This document shows positions 62,401-64,000 of a stretch of 64,000 bases of DNA, piece by piece (the stretch's first letter is position 1; each line of letters opens with the position of its first letter). The DNA lies in the NCBI GenBank assembly GCA_977862235.1, contig OZ374565.1, positions 1,674,001 to 1,738,000 on the forward strand. The letters are read 5' to 3'. Below the pieces are notes generated by a model. The model was not told the DNA's origin. It worked only from the letters and a program-made list of their open reading frames with translations, and did no database searches. Position numbers and translations under genes: made by a program. This stretch comes from Dudresnaya verticillata. Lineage: Eukaryota.

Positions 62401-64000
62401 ATGGCAGGCCATCCCGGTGGCACCAGAATGTATCATAACTTGCGCCGACAGGTCTATTGGCCTGGTATGGCTCTCGCAGTATAGGCGACCGTTCGAAATT
62501 GTGTCAAATGCGCTCGGGAACGAGTCCAATTACGGCAACATGCTTCGCATATGAAGCTGTTCCCGGCTATGATGCCGTTAGAATTCGTGGGGATTGACAT
62601 CCTAGGGCCGCTACCCCGATCGAGCAAGGGTAACGAGTACATTCTCGTAATAACCGATCGCTTCTCAAAGCTCACCAGGGCTGTCCCATTGAAAACGGTA
62701 ACGGCTTACACCGTGACAAGAGCGCTCTGCGAACATTGGGTATACACTTGCGGGCCTCCCCGCTATGTTTTGTCGGACAACGGTCCGCAGTTCGCATCGA
62801 AGTTTTTCATAGCCGTCTGTGGCATACTTCGGATCAGGAATCTGTTCACGTCTACTTACCATCCACAGACGAATGGACAAACCGAGAGGTTTAATAGAAC
62901 CTTGTTGGCTGGGCTGAGACACTTCATCTCTGATGACCAGAAGGATTGGGATGAATTCACGTCGGCTTTGACGTACGCGTATAACACGACCGTTCACCGC
63001 GGGACCGGTCTTGCGCCCGTCGATTTGGTTTTATCCAACCCTCCCACGTCCATTCTAATGGAAAGAGCCGAGGCAGTAGACGTTGAAAACGTTCCAGCAA
63101 CTATCGTGAAGAAACGGCTGACTACCCGGCTCGAGAAGCTGATGGATACAGCGTTGCCACGCCTGCGGATGGCCCAGCGACGATATGAAGTTAACTTCAA
63201 CAATCGTATGTGGTTGACTAACCAAAACGTACGCCCAGGCCAATGGGTATTCCTCGAAAGATACACGAAGGTGAAAGAAGCCAAAGGCGTGGCTCGAGAA
63301 GGGAAATTGTCCAAAAGCGTTAGGTCCCTTTAAGGTGCTCGAACGAGGAACACACAGAGTCGTGCTGCAAAAAGCTGGCGAAAAAGAGTTAGTCTCTCTG
63401 GATCGTGTAACACTGGCCCCATCACCAAACGATGAGTTCGGCTCTATTGGACAAGTGCCCCTATCGTGGAATCTGGGCGCGACGACGCGCAACCAGCAGA
63501 CCCACCCTCGAGGGCAACGCCCCCGAATACCAGTGGTGTCGAAAGGGCACCGGCTCAATCCGGCAGCGAGCTGTTGGAAACGGTCGTCGAGGCCGCATAT
63601 GCGCCGACTGTCTCGCCCCCACGGCGAGAAACCGATAATATCGATAACGACGCTGGCCCGGTTTCCATAACCACACCCGCTCGTGAGGTCCTCATACCGC
63701 CTGAATTAGGCGATCGCACGGCAATGGTATCCAGGGATAATAGTTCTCCTCGGCTTGTTGCCGGACCAACTGCTACAGAAGCCGAAGAGACGGCTCCCCG
63801 CCATAAGTTCTCACGCTTCAAGAAAGCTCCCCCTCGGGAGTATGTTTATGACAAGTTAGTCGGATACGACGCAGAGTCGGAAACGTACAAAGTACGTTGG
63901 TACCAGTGCCCTGCCTCGCAGGATACGTGGGAACCACGACGGGATCTCCCGGAGAACTTAGTTAAGCGGTATCACCGTAAGAAGGGAATCCCCCTTCCCG
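59406..64000 (+). pseudogene. Gypsy-3 pol
   Basis: LDTGAGPN; YLDD; EKECLAVVWA; GHPGG; HPQTNGQTERFN; chromodomain YKVRWYQCPASQDTWEP near 63885-63935; stops at 61615 and 62482 plus frameshifts. Confidence 0.95.

Larger units (their letters stand above)
55632..64000 (+). mobile_element. Gypsy-3: chromodomain Ty3/Gypsy (runs off window)
   Basis: 5' LTR, PBS TGGTCTCCCGACCTAG at 56300, gag, then PR-RT-RH-IN-chromodomain. Confidence 0.95.

Overview
Repeat-saturated eukaryotic DNA. The element types would fit a red-algal-like genome, but that is inference only. No intact host gene is present, and almost everything resolves into nested transposons whose ends can be fixed by TSDs. Retroelements: three chromodomain Ty3/Gypsy elements (about 2683-27129 +, 27333-44268 -, 55632->64000 +), two Ty1/Copia elements (38913-44139 +, 49329-55523 -) and three solo LTRs. 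There is also a PIF/Harbinger element (45001-47668). The highlight is a ~15.3-kb DNA transposon (8952-24289) with ~320-bp terminal inverted repeats and a candidate 4-bp TSD (AGGA), inserted into the antisense ORF of the first Gypsy element. It carries a decayed Sola-like (DDD) transposase and a decayed ParB-like/beta-class (DPPY) amino-DNA-methyltransferase gene. The two proteins share a homologous ~85-90-aa domain (C-terminal in the MTase, N-terminal in the transposase). Other cargo: small coiled-coil ORFs, a palindromic motif array, a tRNA-like/SINE head and a captured tail-to-tail pair of host gene fragments (SRR1-like and argininosuccinate lyase). All alignments and family calls were made by eye, and no database search was run.
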